Assembly (NCBI RefSeq): GCF_003704095.1
Contig: NW_020847369.1
Location: forward strand, 1 to 64,000
Reading direction: 5' to 3'
From: Pocillopora damicornis
Taxonomy: Eukaryota
Length of the DNA: 64,000 nt
Shown here: piece after piece, positions 1-13,900 of the stretch
How positions within the stretch are numbered: position 1 is the stretch's first letter
Layout: each line of letters begins with the position of its first letter
The notes under the pieces: model-generated
The model's database searches: none
Told to the model about the DNA's origin: nothing
What the model saw: the letters and a program-made list of their open reading frames with translations, nothing else
Position numbers and translations under genes: made by a program

Positions 1-386
1 TCAAATTCGACCTGATAGTCGATGAAATATTTTTGCTGTTTGAACGGGCGGATGATAGTTAATAAGTCAGCAGTTTTGCCAAAAACCGGCTCAAACCGAA
101 ATGGCAAATGGTAAAATGACTAAAGTAACCGTAAAAAATGTTGTAAAATATCTCGTAGTCCATTCACATCATCTCCTCTAGGCTTCAGTATCTTCAACTC
201 GCAACTTCTTTTTTTAAAATTTGAAATGCCACCGAACTTTGCTGACCTCAGCGCGCGCCATATTTGTTAACCGATTACGCGAACCCGATGCGTGATTTTC
301 GCAAACAAGATAGTCAATGATACTGAATGGAAGTTGAAACTATCGCAAATTATCATCAACTATCATGACCGTTTGAACAGGGCTTC
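1..386. repeat. Probable right part of a non-autonomous DNA-transposon-like repeat cut by the window edge
   Basis: Recurrent tgatagt/actatca and gtttgaac(a/g)gg motifs near 12-60 and 340-385, ending in ...tatcatgaccgtttgaacagggctt. The left end is not in the window. Confidence 0.3.
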
Positions 387-436
387 ATGATATATATCGC
401 TTGATTGTTAACACTTACACTTCTGATCAGACTACT

Positions 437-765
437 GGGCACGGTCTCAAAAGGACTAAATGCCAGGCAGTCAGAAATTTTCACAAAAATGCCACTGAAA
501 ACCTCATACAAACCTATTGAGTATATTCAATGTTTGTTTAGTAATGTTGGTTTTTCCGTAACATACTAAAACACATAAACATTCCAGAACGTTCAAGCTC
601 GGATAATTTTTCCACTAAAAACCAAATTAACTTTTGGAATCACTTGACATTTCTAAACAAATATCTGATTCTCTTTCTAGCTTTAGAAGATTCAAGGAAC
701 CATTTAGTGGCATTTTAGTAAACATTTCTTAATACCTGGCATTTAGTCTATTTGAGACCGTGCTC
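437..765. mobile_element. MITE with long terminal inverted repeats
   Basis: Left end gggcacggtctcaaaaggactaaatgccagg (437-467) is the near-perfect reverse complement of right end cctggcatttagtctatttgagaccgtgctc (735-765). The imperfect IR extends about 60 bp. No ORF. Confidence 0.8.
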
Positions 766-1029
766 GATGGCCTCGCGCGATTCAATGAGGGACATCTTGC
801 CAAATGCAACGGGTACCCAGGACTTTCCCTCTAACCCAGCGAAATAGCACATTGCTCCGATTCGTATCACAAGATTACCCCTGCAAAACAGGCAAGATCC
901 CACAGAAGCTTGGGAGTATCCCATAACTGGGCAAGGCGCACATAACCGGATAGGAAAGGCCGACCCAACAAAACGTCTATAACTAAGTTCTGCATTCGGA
1001 ATGATTGCTTTGATTTCCTCCAGGATCAG

Positions 1030-2355
1030 TTAGAAGGCAGGGATGAAGAACCTAGAAGAAAAGTGTGGTATGATGTCGACCCATTCTCTAGCTGTAGGCC
1101 TTCCCGTAACACGCACGTGATGTTTTTTCCCTTCATGCCAAATTCCTTCGGTGTTGTTTCTCAAAAATGCTGTAAGGGCTCTATGGAAGTAAGGAAACGA
1201 TTTTTTATGAGGTGGGAATTTTGCCACGTGAAGAAGCACCTCCATCAGCAATAAGAGGCAACGCTTTTGGAATTCAAGCCATGCAAACATGTCTAGCCAA
1301 TCATAGTTCTTGTACGAATATCGCACTTCCATATCTACGAGTGGTAACGTCGATAGGTCAAGATCAGTCGCGTCTGCGAGATAATCCAAATAAGCTTGTG
1401 TTCCTTCTCCATCTTTTGTGATAACGCAACAGTTGTGTGAAAAGAAGGTAGGTAATTCCAAGTAATTGCTCAAGAGATAACCAAGATCATCTAAAATACA
1501 TTTTGGGTCTATCCGACCGAGATCCGCAAAGGATGTTTTAAATTTCTGGACGTAAGCATGGTGTAAGCTGGCCATCTTTATCTGGTAAGAGTTCAAAATG
1601 TGATCGAGAAGCAAATATTTCAATGTTCTGTAACAAAGGCGATGGCATTCATCTAAGGATTTTATCAGACAAAGCTCGGCCTGAGCAAAGGACACGTGGG
1701 AACATTTTTGACAATCTGGTGAACAAGATGTTGGTACAAGGTAGCAAGGGTGTTCTTTAATCAAGTTGTAGAAATTTGACGGAAAGTTTTCGTTCTCAGC
1801 AAGTTCCACAATGAACTTCTCAGTACATGGAATTGCTGGCATGACATCAACTATAATGTTAAATTCGTTTTGGTTTGCGCCTTTCCACTACAATTGAAGA
1901 AAAAGCCTACCCGCCTTGATGAGCAGCGTACCTGATTCCCTAACTATTTCGTTTTCATCATCTGTCATTGTTTGTACCACTGCTGCAATCATTTCTGTCA
2001 ACATATCACTAAGATTTTTAAGCCATACTTGCCGGTTACTCTCAAACGTTACTCGAACGCGTCCTGGTCTACATCCCTCATTTAAGGTCAATTCTCCCAC
2101 GTTTAACTTGATGTTAAAGTAAAACTCATTAATAAGTCCTATTTTATTTTCCACGAAACTCCCGACGGGAAAAATTTCCTCCACCGAGAAAAGCTCGCCG
2201 TAATTTACAACTTGATCTTGTTTATCTTTGAGTTGCTGAACTTTCAACTTTTGACCCTTTTCAAGGATCACAGACAGTGCTTCGAAAACGGATGACGCTA
2301 CATCACTCACTTCTGAAGAAAATACTCTGAAGCTGCACCAGACGTTGTGGATCAC
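1030..2355 (-). pseudogene. cGAS-like receptor (Mab-21/cGLR nucleotidyltransferase), disrupted
   Basis: ORFs 1888-2355 and 1030-1842 are in the same frame, separated by one TAG (1888-1890) plus 15 open codons (WKGANQNEFNIIVDV). NTase signature GSFVENKIGLINEFYF, third-acid strand IIVDVMPAI, and Mab-21 helical motifs HVSFAQAELCLI, CYRTLKYLL, LNSYQIKMA, LPTFF. The second catalytic acid is Tyr (EFY instead of EFD), and there is no in-frame ATG at the 5' end. Confidence 0.75.
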
Positions 2356-2385
2356 AAAACCTCAAGTTCGACTTTTAACGCCAAC

Positions 2386-2544
2386 AAAGGGCTAAAGAAG
2401 GGCTGACGGTCGAAACGCAAAATTTTAAAACTCTTTGCGGTGGCCGATTTACGTCATTAACTCAGCTGATAATATCAAATTACCAGGTTCTACTCTCTCA
2501 TCAACGCAGCACCGCAATTTCTTTAGAAACCTACCTTCTTTATC
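2386..2544 (+). mobile_element. Degenerate Penelope-type short repeat inserted with a 9-bp target-site duplication
   Basis: Homologous to 47045-47200 (aagggct...gaaacg...aactct...ggtggcc...aactcag.tgat...tttctttagaaac.tacc). Flanked by direct repeat aacgccaac at 2377-2385 and 2545-2553. Confidence 0.65.
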
Positions 2545-3750
2545 AACGCCAACTCTCGAAATTACGTCAATCACTCGGCCTTTGTGGCAGAGGCTGCCAT
2601 AGAGCTATTTTTTGAGCTTATTTTCTATCGCTCTCTTCAACAAGGCATACTCGAGTTTGGATTCATGTTCGAGTTAATCTGCGGCGCAGCGGCGAAATAA
2701 GTATGAACCTCATCCTCAAGAAGACATTGGAAATGAAATTAAAGTTATTCATCAGCCCTTATATGAGGAAGTAGACTTCGAGCTTGGAGGTAAAGAAATC
2801 AATCAAAATTTATTTCATTGAAGAAAACTGCTGTGGAGAAATCAGGTAACTTATGCTCTGCCAACGTTACTACTTCGTCCGTTTCTTCAGGGTCGACGTC
2901 ATGTACTTCAGGTAGCTTTTAGTTAGGCAAATGGGAGCGATCTGGAAAGGAAATATTCAGCACGGGTCGCAGAGGGCAACAAGTCAAATAAGCTTAGTTA
3001 CCAGCTTCTAAAGAAACTGTTGTTGTGCTGGCAAGTAAGTGAAACTCTGAGTTGAAGATCATGTTAGAGGTTTCAAAAGGCAAATAAGCCTCCTCAGCGA
3101 ATTGTAAAAGACCCCAAAAGTGTTAGCTTTTCGAAGGAGTAAAATAAAGTGTTACCAGTTATGTGTATTGTGTGTTATATGAATTATGTTCATATTTAAT
3201 TGCAAAAACGTTGAATCCTTAAAAAAGCATGAACCTTGAACGACAAGATCTAACAGTTTCTAGGCAGTGCTCGTACCATTTTTCTCGTCAAACCTTTCGC
3301 ACACATACACAAAAACAATTGAAGCATTGAAAAAAATGAAGCAGAGGAATGTTTTCTTCCCTTTTTTGGCATCACATCAATTATACGGAACAGTCTAATT
3401 CACGTTTTGCTGTTTTAAGGTTCATTTTTTCAACTCAGCTACAGTGCCATCATGCATCCTCAAAATGGTTTGATGATCACACCCTTCGCCAAAACGTACT
3501 ATCTATTCTTCGCTACATTGAAGCGTTACTAAAAGTGATGAACGCATACCCAACATGGACTGACATACTGACACCGGCTTTTTTCCCTTTTTTTCGCTTA
3601 AAAGTTCTTTCGATAATTTCCTTTGGCGTTTCCACGGTTTCACATGCAAGAAATGTATTTTTCAAAGAGGAACTTCTTGAAAAATGAAACCTTCATTGTA
3701 TCCTTGGAATCAGGGTCAAATGGCGACGTCATCTCAAAACCAAGCTGAGT

Positions 3751-4151
3751 GGCGCACAGTCTGAAGAGCAGGAAACCTTCTCTAAGACTGACTCATTTCT
3801 CAAGACCCGGAATAATTTCCAACCATGTCAAGTTTATTCTTAGATCAATTGTCGATGGCCTTTTGGTGAAAATTTCTGACTGCCGGGCATTTAGTCCGTT
3901 TAAAACCGTGCCCGGTTGTCTGGTCAGAAGCGTAGAATTTCCAAGTGTCGACAACCAAGCGATACTGTAGTATGCATAGGCTTAGAGAATTTGTCTGCTA
4001 AAGAAAACCAACTTAATTTTCTTTTTGAATCACTTGACATTTCTCAACAAACATTTCATATTCTTAAGAAGTTTGAAAGACCCCTCAGAGGAAATTATGT
4101 GAAAATTTCTGACTGCCGGGCACTTTTTCTCTTCATTTTGAGACCGTGCCC
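3751..4151. mobile_element. Two adjacent deleted copies of the 437-765 MITE family
   Basis: Two right TIRs gtgaaaatttctgactgccgggca...accgtgccc ending at 3913 and 4151. Internal aaaacca...gaatcacttgacatttct matches 617-655. Degenerate left TIR near 3751. Confidence 0.7.
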
Positions 4152-4999
4152 TGCTGCGCCAAGTGAGTAACAGCGTTGCTAGAAAGCGCATTGTTCTTTT
4201 CGAATTCTATGTCCGCCACGAGAAGGATTGAACTATCCATCAATCCCTTAGATCTCGAGCAATCTGTTTTTGAACAAGTGAGTGAATCTCACGAAGTAAG
4301 ATTCAGCGTTGTTTTGTGCCCTTATGACGAAGAGAAACATGGAGAATTGCGTGACTGTGGTAACATTTCTGCACAGGCCCATGCTTCATTAAGCATACAG
4401 CTCAAGGAGAATCAAAACGATGGCGAAAACGATAGATTAGCTTTGGGACTACGGTTTTTTTCTGGATGTATGGGCTTGTATGGAAATCTTTCCGTGATCG
4501 ATATATTGTAGCAGGCCATCCTTTAAAACTAACGAGCCTTGAAGATTTTCAAACACACTTCGAGTCTCCGATCTTTACATCGAAGCCGCATTCATTATGA
4601 GCACTAGTCCATACTTATTGTCAGAAAAATTGACTCTCCAATAATTGTTAAAAACAAATTACGTCGAAAAATACCTGGTTCCATTGTGACGATGATTCAG
4701 TAAACAATAAGAAGAACACAGCTCAGTAAATCAAGAGCTCAGACAACATCTTCCTGTCCCGCGATTTACTTGCGCTAACTAGTTTTGTTAGGAATCAGAC
4801 ACCAATCTAAAGCTTTTTTTCCGGGAACCAATCAGAACACACATTTATGGCACCAGTTTACAATTGTTGACCAATCAACGTTGTTATTCCGTGACTTCGT
4901 AATCCTGCGAAAAATTAAACCAAAAGAGTGACATTGGCATAATCATTTATCTTACACCAGTGTGGGTTGCGTCTAAGGCGAAGCTGGGTGGTGTTAATT

Positions 5000-7900
5000 A
5001 TGGCTGAAACTCAATACAAACCGCCCGGACTGGAGGCATGGGACATTGTGATAGTTGTGCTGTATTTTATTGTCATACTTGGTGTTGGACTTTTCGTGAG
5101 TATTCCTCAATTCAGTGTGCTGTTTATCTTTTGAGTCAAGCTGAGCTTAGAGAAGCCTGTGTTCAGCTGTTTCTTTGGCTCAACACCCAGCTCGCCTGTG
5201 CTTTGTTCATTTCAAAGTCGGCTCGATTGGGTATGAATGTCACAGCTTCGAATTATTTTGTAGGTTTGAACAGCTAAAACTGCAATTTAGTGGCATTAAT
5301 ATCTCGGCAATTTCCACCTTTGTTGACGGGCTTTTAGCGTGTTCTCGGCCGGAAAGAACAATAATAATAACAGTAATTAACTTGTTTGGTTTTTATGATC
5401 TCGCTAAACATCGTACACCTTGCGCTTTCAGAGGTGACAACTATTTCTGAGTTTGCCTTACTGCAGACGGGTCTCTCAAATCTTAACGAAATTCCGACTA
5501 GATCACTGATACACTTTTAAACACAAGGAAATTGCAAACGCGTGGTCTCAAATGTTTACACATTTAACCAACGTAAGTTGAGAGCGAATTCCTTTCATCG
5601 GAGAGTTACAATATCGGTGGGTTAGACATAATCACATGAATTAAGAATGTTTGATTATTCATGTGATTACCTCTCTATTTCATATTTATTTGATAACAAA
5701 ATTTCCAAAGCACCTATTGGTTTTAGATATTCCTTAACTCTAATATTTATCGTACGATTCATCGATAATAAGTCGTAGTTAGCGAACAATGCTATTTCCG
5801 CTGTTGCGGCTGGTAACATTAATACTTGTGTATTATTTCCCTGTAATCTTTTGTTTTGTCGAGTGTGCTAATTAAAAACAAATATTAAGTTGCTGTTTGG
5901 GAAGAACTCAATAAAAAAAGAAAAAAGTTTATCACTTGGGTGAGGGCTCCACACGCAAATTTTGTGCATAAACTTTGACACAGAAAAAGCGTCTGACGTT
6001 AACGAATATGTTTGGTTCTTTAGAATAACGAGATATGAGGCGATTGCATGACAGTCGACAATCGTGTGAAATCTGCTACGTGAAAGGCATGTGAAAAAAT
6101 ATATGAAAATCATGTGAAAACATTTTAACACTTCGTGAAAATCAACCCATGATTTTCACACAGTTTTCCAATTAACACTGAACACTGGTTCTAATGTGGT
6201 TTACTGTAAAGCAAAACAGAAAACTAGATACATTCTTTTAGTAAAGCCTGGACACGAACCTGAACTGGTTGTTCATGAGTCTCTGTGAATTTTTTGTAAT
6301 TAATCCAGACAGTAATTACTCAAGCACATACTTGGAGGATGCCTGCGTTTGAAATTTGCATTTCAAGAACTAATGATGCAGATCCTTTGATCAATTATGT
6401 TATGCATAAGTTTCTCTCAGATTGATTTATTAAAACAAATAGACCTTCTTTATCAATTACATGGTTTCCTGGTAGTAACATACTCACATTGTGTTAATCA
6501 ATGACAGTCCAATACTAAAACATAAGTGATGGGGAACAATAAGCTCTAAGTATTCACTATTTTACCTTGTTGGTCAGTAAAGATGTTCTTGTTTGTCACT
6601 CATATAGGATAGCAACAAGTGCCCAACAAGGATCCTTAAAATTTCCTAGTCAAATGCTCTACCACTGTCCAAGCTACAGCCAATATACTATGTTGCCCTT
6701 CTAGGGTACTCTTATGTTTCCTCTCTCTCCCCTCCCTAACTGTGACAAAACATCTTTCTTTATTCAATTACCGGCTGAAATTTTACTACCTAGTTACGCT
6801 CATATTATGCATTACATATTGTTGATTTCAAAATTGTCTGAGATGCTTATCACATATTAACTTAGTATATACTATAGCCAAGCTTATGTAGATACCAGCT
6901 TTGTAGCTGAATGGGCCACCGTGAATAAATAAAGTTTATCTTATCTCTTATCTCATCCCTGGAGGACAGTGGTACTCGCTAGAGCATCAGACTGAGAAAT
7001 CAGAAGGGCAGAGGTTTGAATTTTTGCAGAGTGTCCTTTTTTTTCGTCCTATGCTTAAAACTAATGATAACATCCTTTTACTATGGATGCCTTCAGCTGA
7101 AATTTTATAACTTCTATTAAATCTATTTGTGAATGCCACTGTTCACAATGACCACAATAATTTGTATAATTTCCTTCAGGCTATGTTCAAGTCCAACCGT
7201 GGAACTGTCAGTGGCTATTTCTTGGCTGGACGATTTATGACCTGGCTTCCAGTATGTAATGTTATCTTGTTTCATTGTAAAGAAGGCTTTTATTGATAAA
7301 CCTTTCATTCCCAAGTTCTTGTTACTGTCACCATACAATCCTTATGATATTAGTTTGGAGAATTTGGTATTTGATAAACTAATCCCTGATTGATTTATTT
7401 CTTTATTCTTGTCACTTGTCTGTGTGATAATGTATTGAGATTGTAAGGAGAAATTCTGTCTTGGTCACTCTTGGGAGTTAAAGGGATAAAACCCTGTTCC
7501 ATGTTGTTATTGGGTTTCTCTGTCATTTTTTCTTGCATTCATTTGACTTGTAATAGGAATATATATTTTAACAAACATTTATGAATTATCTTAGTGGCAA
7601 CTAGTTCTCTTTTAGTATGACTTTTGGGGTTTAGCCCCTTTAAACTACTTTTGTTCTAAGTGAGTAAGTTGATCTCCCAGAAGGCCTCCTTTCTGGATTT
7701 GGTTAAATTTCACATTTTCTATAAATTTGTGTTATATCCTTGAAGCACCAATAAATTTTTTATGCAACGTGTGTGTGTGTATCTCACTTATCTGGATATT
7801 ATAAGAATTAAATAATTAAAATGTTATGGCTTACTTTTTGAAAACTGAATAGTCAGGTCCCCATATTATGCTACTTTTGCCAAAAATTCAATTTCCAATC

Positions 7901-10900
7901 CTTTTTTTCCGCTTGCCATGGCCACTAGAATAGTGGCAGCTTGGAAGGGTTGATAAAAAGACTAAATGTGGTGAACTGTAATAATTCTTTTATCAAATGG
8001 CAGTTGAGATTAACATCATGTTAATGGAAAATATGTTTTGAAAATAGGTTGGTGCATCACTTTTTGCAAGTAACATTGGCAGTGAACATTTTATTGGATT
8101 AGCAGGATCAGGAGCAGCTGGCGGAATTGGAGTTGGAGCATTTGAGTTCAATGTAAATAGTTTATCAAAAGTTAATTTGTTAATTTAAGCAGATGAGATT
8201 TGGATAGAGTTGTAATATCTGAATAACTGCTGGTGTTTCATTACCAATACCCAATGGAATTGGTTGGTACCTTGTAGGAATGGAAGTAAACTTGCACCAC
8301 AACAATACAAAACAAACAAACAAACAAACAAAAACCAAGAGTTTGTCAAGATTTTGTCATTTTTTTAAAAATTATATGCTGTTTAATTTTTTGGTTAGAA
8401 GCAAACTGTTAAAAAACCTCATGCAAAGATGGGAGTGGAGCATTTTGTTGATGTAAAAAATTAGTTTGTCAATTCAGCCTTTGAGTTGTGAGTTTTAGAG
8501 GGTTGCTTTGTGCAGAATTAAGATTAGAGACAATGTGATTGTCCTGGAAAATGCTGTGAATTAGCAAAAACCTCTGCTTGTACAGGACAAGGTGCAGCAG
8601 ATATTTTTGCATAATCTGATATAACTGCATGAGCTCTCCATGAAATGGCAGACACTTCAAAGATGAAAGTCTCTCACCTTTGACTCCAAAAAAGTTGGTA
8701 GATATAGTATCTGAAGGCTTGGAGTAGACTGAGTTGTTGAGACCAGTGATTCTGATTTTTGTTTGTTCTTTTATTAGGCAATAATTCTTCTACAGTTGCT
8801 TGGCTGGGTGTTTCTACCAGTTTATATTGCTGGTGGGGTAAGTTTTCATTAAACAATTTTGCTTAAGCAAACAACTATGTCAAGATGTATGGAGTTTTCC
8901 TCTTAAAAAGAAAAAGCTTTGACATCTTTAAATACCAATGATAGCTAATTATTTTTTCTGGCCATGTAACATGATATTTTGATAGAACTTGGCTTTCTTC
9001 CATTTTAACTGCATTCTTTGAAATGGCCTCTTATACAAACATAGTTGTTATTTTAGAAAATGTCCTGAATGAAATTGCTTTAGTAAACTAATTAGGTAAT
9101 GAATGTGTCATTTTCATTTTTCTTTTCAAAATTGCTTGATGCAGGCAACACAAGAGACAACAATTTCAGTACAAAAGGGGTAATGAATATCAACAAATTG
9201 AGATGCTGTGTATGACACTGGCAAATGACAAATTGTTAAAGCTGAACTAGTTACTATCAGCATTTAACTGTGAGATAAGATCTTCAAGTCAACAAAGAAC
9301 AAAATATTTCTTGCAGTTTTTCCTCAGTGTTTATTTAAGAATCAGAGGAAAATTGATCAAAATTTGAGTCTTTTTTTGTCATTTGCCATAAATGACATGC
9401 CTGAACTCACTAACTAGCATCAGTTAACCTGATGCATCAGTATCCATATTCTCCTTAGTGTTCTCCATAGGTTTCCTAAGGTGCTGTCAAGGAGAATTTG
9501 TTTGACAATCAAGAGCCTCTTAAGTTGGTGATCATTTCCTTTATTCTCACATCCTTAATGTGTGATTCAGGGGTGATATTGTAAGAGGAAATTAGGTGCT
9601 AAGTAACTCTGAGGGGTTAAAGGGTTAATTACTAACATCATGATGTTATCTTTTTTTCTTTGTTGTGTGCAGATCTGTACCCTTCCAGAATATATTTCCC
9701 GTCGCTATGGAGGAAGAAGACTCAGAATGTGGCTTTCAGTTTTATCTCTTCTTCTGTACATTTTCACAAAGATATCTGTAAGTTGGTGTCATTTTTGCCA
9801 TACTTCAATTAAATTTTCCATTTATAAATTAAGGTATTCATCTTAAAGGCAGGCTAGATGAAATGATGAGTCTAGAAATTTGCCTTGCACTAAATGAACA
9901 ATTCGAATAAGGCTATAAATGAAGAGGATAAAACTCTGCTGGGGTCATGATTCCTCAGCAAAAGCTGAATAAGCTAATGAAAAGGTTCTTCTCCAGAAGA
10001 CTCCAAGATTTCCAAATATGTTATGGTAATATAGTTGAGCCTGTATTAAGCTGTCACCTAGGGGAATGACAAGGTGACTGCTAAATTCAGGTTGACCACT
10101 AAGCACAGGTCCCATGGTAAAGAGGTATTATAAAAGGCAATTAAAAAAAATTCCATTTTATGCCATGATTGACCACTTAATGTACAAAAACTTTCTTAAA
10201 AATACTACTAGCGTTGTTATCAATGAACAAAAATCAACAAAATTTGAGAAACAATCTAGCCGTTGGTTATACATTTTCATGAAAGAAAAACAGTTAACTC
10301 AGCGAAATGCATGACAACAGCACCTGCACATGATGCATACAGCCCAATTCTACAGGCATAACTTGTACACTGTCAAATTACAAGCATGACAAAAACACTA
10401 TCATATTAGTACTGAAATTGGGCTGGTGTCATAGCCAATCATGTTCAAGAGCTTTTTAAAGTTTTGACATGATCTGAAAACTTCTCAGTCATCTGGTAAG
10501 AAAAGGATGTGAGCTGTGAGATAAAAGTCAGATGGATGTCTGGTATAAAAATACTTCACTTACTTTGATTTCAGGTTAATTTATTTTCTGGAGCCTTGTT
10601 TATCCGTTTGGCTCTTGGTTGGAACTTGTATTTGGCCATTTTGTTGATGCTGGGAATGACTTGTCTCTGTACTCTCACAGGTTAGTGGTTTTTTTTTTTT
10701 GCTCTTTTGTCCCAAGGGATGGGTAACCTGAAAGAGTTGAGTAATGGATCCACTCATCAGTGGCTGGGTATCCTGTGAAAAGACAGGAAGGCTTCAAGTG
10801 GCCATTAGGCTGTCAACCTTCTGAGTTTTTTCCCATGCTTTCCTGATTGGAAAAATCTGTAACTTACATTTAGGAGAAAAAACTTGTTTGCATTGGTAGA

Positions 10901-13900
10901 GGAGATTGTACATAACTTTGACAAAACTGTCTTTCGTTATGTTAACCCTTTCACCTCTAAATTCTAAATATCAATTCTTTGGGCTCCCTGAAATATTTTT
11001 ATATAGATTTAGTGCTGAGAAGTTAGTTTTATTTTCATATAATTTCCACAAGTGGGTATTTTTCTTGTTCCTCATGACCTTCTGCTTCAACAGTTATCAG
11101 AATTGTGAGGATAATTTCTTTCTGGTCACTTTTGGGAGTAAAAAAAAATAACATGGATAATTAGCATATATCAAGTAGGTGACTAAATAAATGCTTTTGC
11201 ATGTGGTAATTGGCTCATTTGGAAATGATTAGCAGGTATCACTCACCTTTAAGTGGCTGCAGAGAAAAAAATTGTGCATCAAGAGCTTAATTTCTGACCA
11301 TTTTTTGGTATATTGATAGAAAAAACGAATTTTGTGGTTTTTATGCGATACACACTTCAAAGTGGTGGATATTTACCTCTTCTGTTCACTGCTCAGTAGA
11401 TATCTACCACTACTCACTTCTGCTTTGGATTTAACCCTTAAACTCCCAGAGGTGATTAGCATGTAACTTCTCCCTGAAATATCAACACATTATCCAGCAA
11501 ACAGGTAGTGAGAGTACTCAGGTAGAAGTTGTTATCTTGATCTAACACCAAATTCTCACCACTAATTTACAAGGAAATGTGTGGTAGCTAGAGGAGAGAA
11601 TTAACAATCAGATCCTGGGAGTTGAAGGGTTAACCCACATTTAATGTACTGTATAGCTTGGTAGCTTAGATGGATGTAGGCACAACTAGTGTTCAAATTC
11701 TGTTGAAGTCTGGATTTTCTCAGGCTTTTTGTCTGCATTTGCTAGAATTGCAGCTCATCTGCAAGTATATTTGTTTTACTTGATGTTACAATGCAAATTA
11801 ACCCACTCAAATTATTCTCTGGTATTTTAACAGGTGGACTGACAGCAGTGATCTACACAGACACTCTCTGTACTTTCCTCATGGTTACTGGATCATTGAC
11901 AGTCATGGGACTTGGTAATTTGTTTTTGTTTGTGGCTGAAGAAGGCTAAGAAAACCATTTTTACTGTTATCAAGGATTAAAAATTTTGGCACCAAACAAT
12001 CTTTAACCCTAAATCTTCCCATTTTATAATCCCTCCCCACCAGAATCTTCTTACCCCTCAAAATCTCAAAAATACCATTCTATTGAGAATATAACTCCTT
12101 CATGGTCAATCCAGTCTTGAAAATGTGACCCCATTCAGGGGTACACCTATTATGAGGAAGTACCCCTCCTCCTCCCTGGAACCTCTGGTGTTTTAAATTG
12201 CTTAAAATTTTTTATATCTTAAACTTTTAACTTTTATTTTTAAAATTTGAGAGTTTTCTGTTCCTGGGGATTTTTCTCCAAGGATGGAAGAGTTTTGGAT
12301 CTAATATTTCAGCAGGATGCTCAGACAGCCTCCAAGTTGATTCAAAGTTAAAAGTCATTATTTAACTGCAGATGGTTGCTTTTGCTTCATCATCCATCAT
12401 ATTGAGTTTAACCCTATCACTCCCAAGATCTCATTAGTAATTCTCCTCACTCTCTGCCATACAATTTTATGTTGTTAGTCAGGAGAATTTGGTATTGGAT
12501 CAACTAGTAATCCCCTTGTTGATATCCTTCTTCATTCTTGTCACTAGTCTGCTTGACATTGTGTAAAAATTGTATGGTGAAATTCTGTCTTGGTAACTCA
12601 TGAGAGTAAGAGGGTTAATTTGATATCAGCACTAGTGAAACTGGCCAAGTAATCGGTTTGAAAGCCATTGCCTATACATCACTATGAATTCTAGAGAACC
12701 AATTTGTTAATTTGTGTTTTTTTTGTTTTTAGGATTTGCTGAAGTTGGTGGTTATGATGGTCTAAAGCAAAAATATATGATGGCAGTCTCAAATGATACT
12801 TTGTACTCAAACAGCAGCTGTGGCCGGCCAAGGGATGATGCTTTTGTCATGCTGCGAGATCCTGTCAACTCCGACATGCCTTGGGCGGGATTCATTTTTG
12901 GACAGACAATTGCTTCAATTTGGTATTGGTGTGCAGACCAGGTTTGTTTTGAGTGTCTTGAATAGAAGTGTAAATAATCTTAAGTACTGAGTAGAAGTTA
13001 TTTATGTTCAGGCAGGAAATGTTTAAGGCCAATAAATTAGTGTCTGATTCTATGCACTTTCTGAACACCTACTAGAGACTGAAGAGACTATTATGAATAT
13101 AGAACTTATTGATAGAAGGAGCATGGGTTTTGAACCTGTTCTGCTCTGTACAGGGCAAAATAAAAGTTGTTGACAAATATTGTGGAAGAAAACAAATCAA
13201 GTCCTAATACCTGTTATTAAAGGATTCTCTGGAAGTTTTCTGCAAATCATAGTTATTTTTGGCTTCCTCTTTTCTAAACAGGTTCAAGGTTCAGCCCTTA
13301 ATGGTGAATCTCTATAGCCACAAATTGGTCAGGATTGAGTCCCAGTCCTAACCTTTTGTGTTTAGAAATGCTGTTATCAGGGAGCTTTACCTAGATGGGG
13401 GGCCAAACCAGGTCTTGCCTACATCTCATGCATCATGTACTTTTTATAGTATGTTCTAGGCAGAAGAAGCAGAAGGTTTGGGTGGGGTCAAACCTCCCTA
13501 ATTTTTTGCCCTGCTGTTTCTATTGTGCTGTTTACCTTTTTGCATTGTTTCACCAACAGAATGCCTGCAACAGTTTAGAATTTTTAAAGGTTGTGCAAAT
13601 TTAAACAACAGCCTTTCGGCTTAGTATTTAGCTGTTTGTTTTCTATTATGCAAGGTCATTGTGCAAAGAGCTCTTGCTGCCAAAAGTTTGTCACATGCCC
13701 AGGGAGCCTGCCTGTTGGCTAGCTACATTAAGATTTTGCCTCTCTTCACCCTGGTTATGCCAGGAATGATTAGCAGGGTGTTGTCGCCAGGTAAGGGAGG
13801 GGGAGAGGTGTGAGAGAGGGTATAAGGAGAGAAGGTTTAAATGAACTTATCCATTCCTAATACTTTACACCATAAGATCAGTGTATATATTCTCCACACT

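Noticed and set aside
1888-1890. Selenocysteine or programmed readthrough in the cGLR
   Set aside because: The codon is TAG, not TGA, and the independent catalytic-site lesion favours pseudogenisation.
4176-4511. ORF with a faint MATH/TRAF-like pattern (FSVVLCPYDEEKHG...HASLSIQL)
   Set aside because: Too few conserved positions, no supporting exons, and it begins right beside a MITE.
6960-7085. tRNA gene
   Set aside because: Only degenerate A/B-box-like remnants with no cloverleaf; better explained as a SINE.
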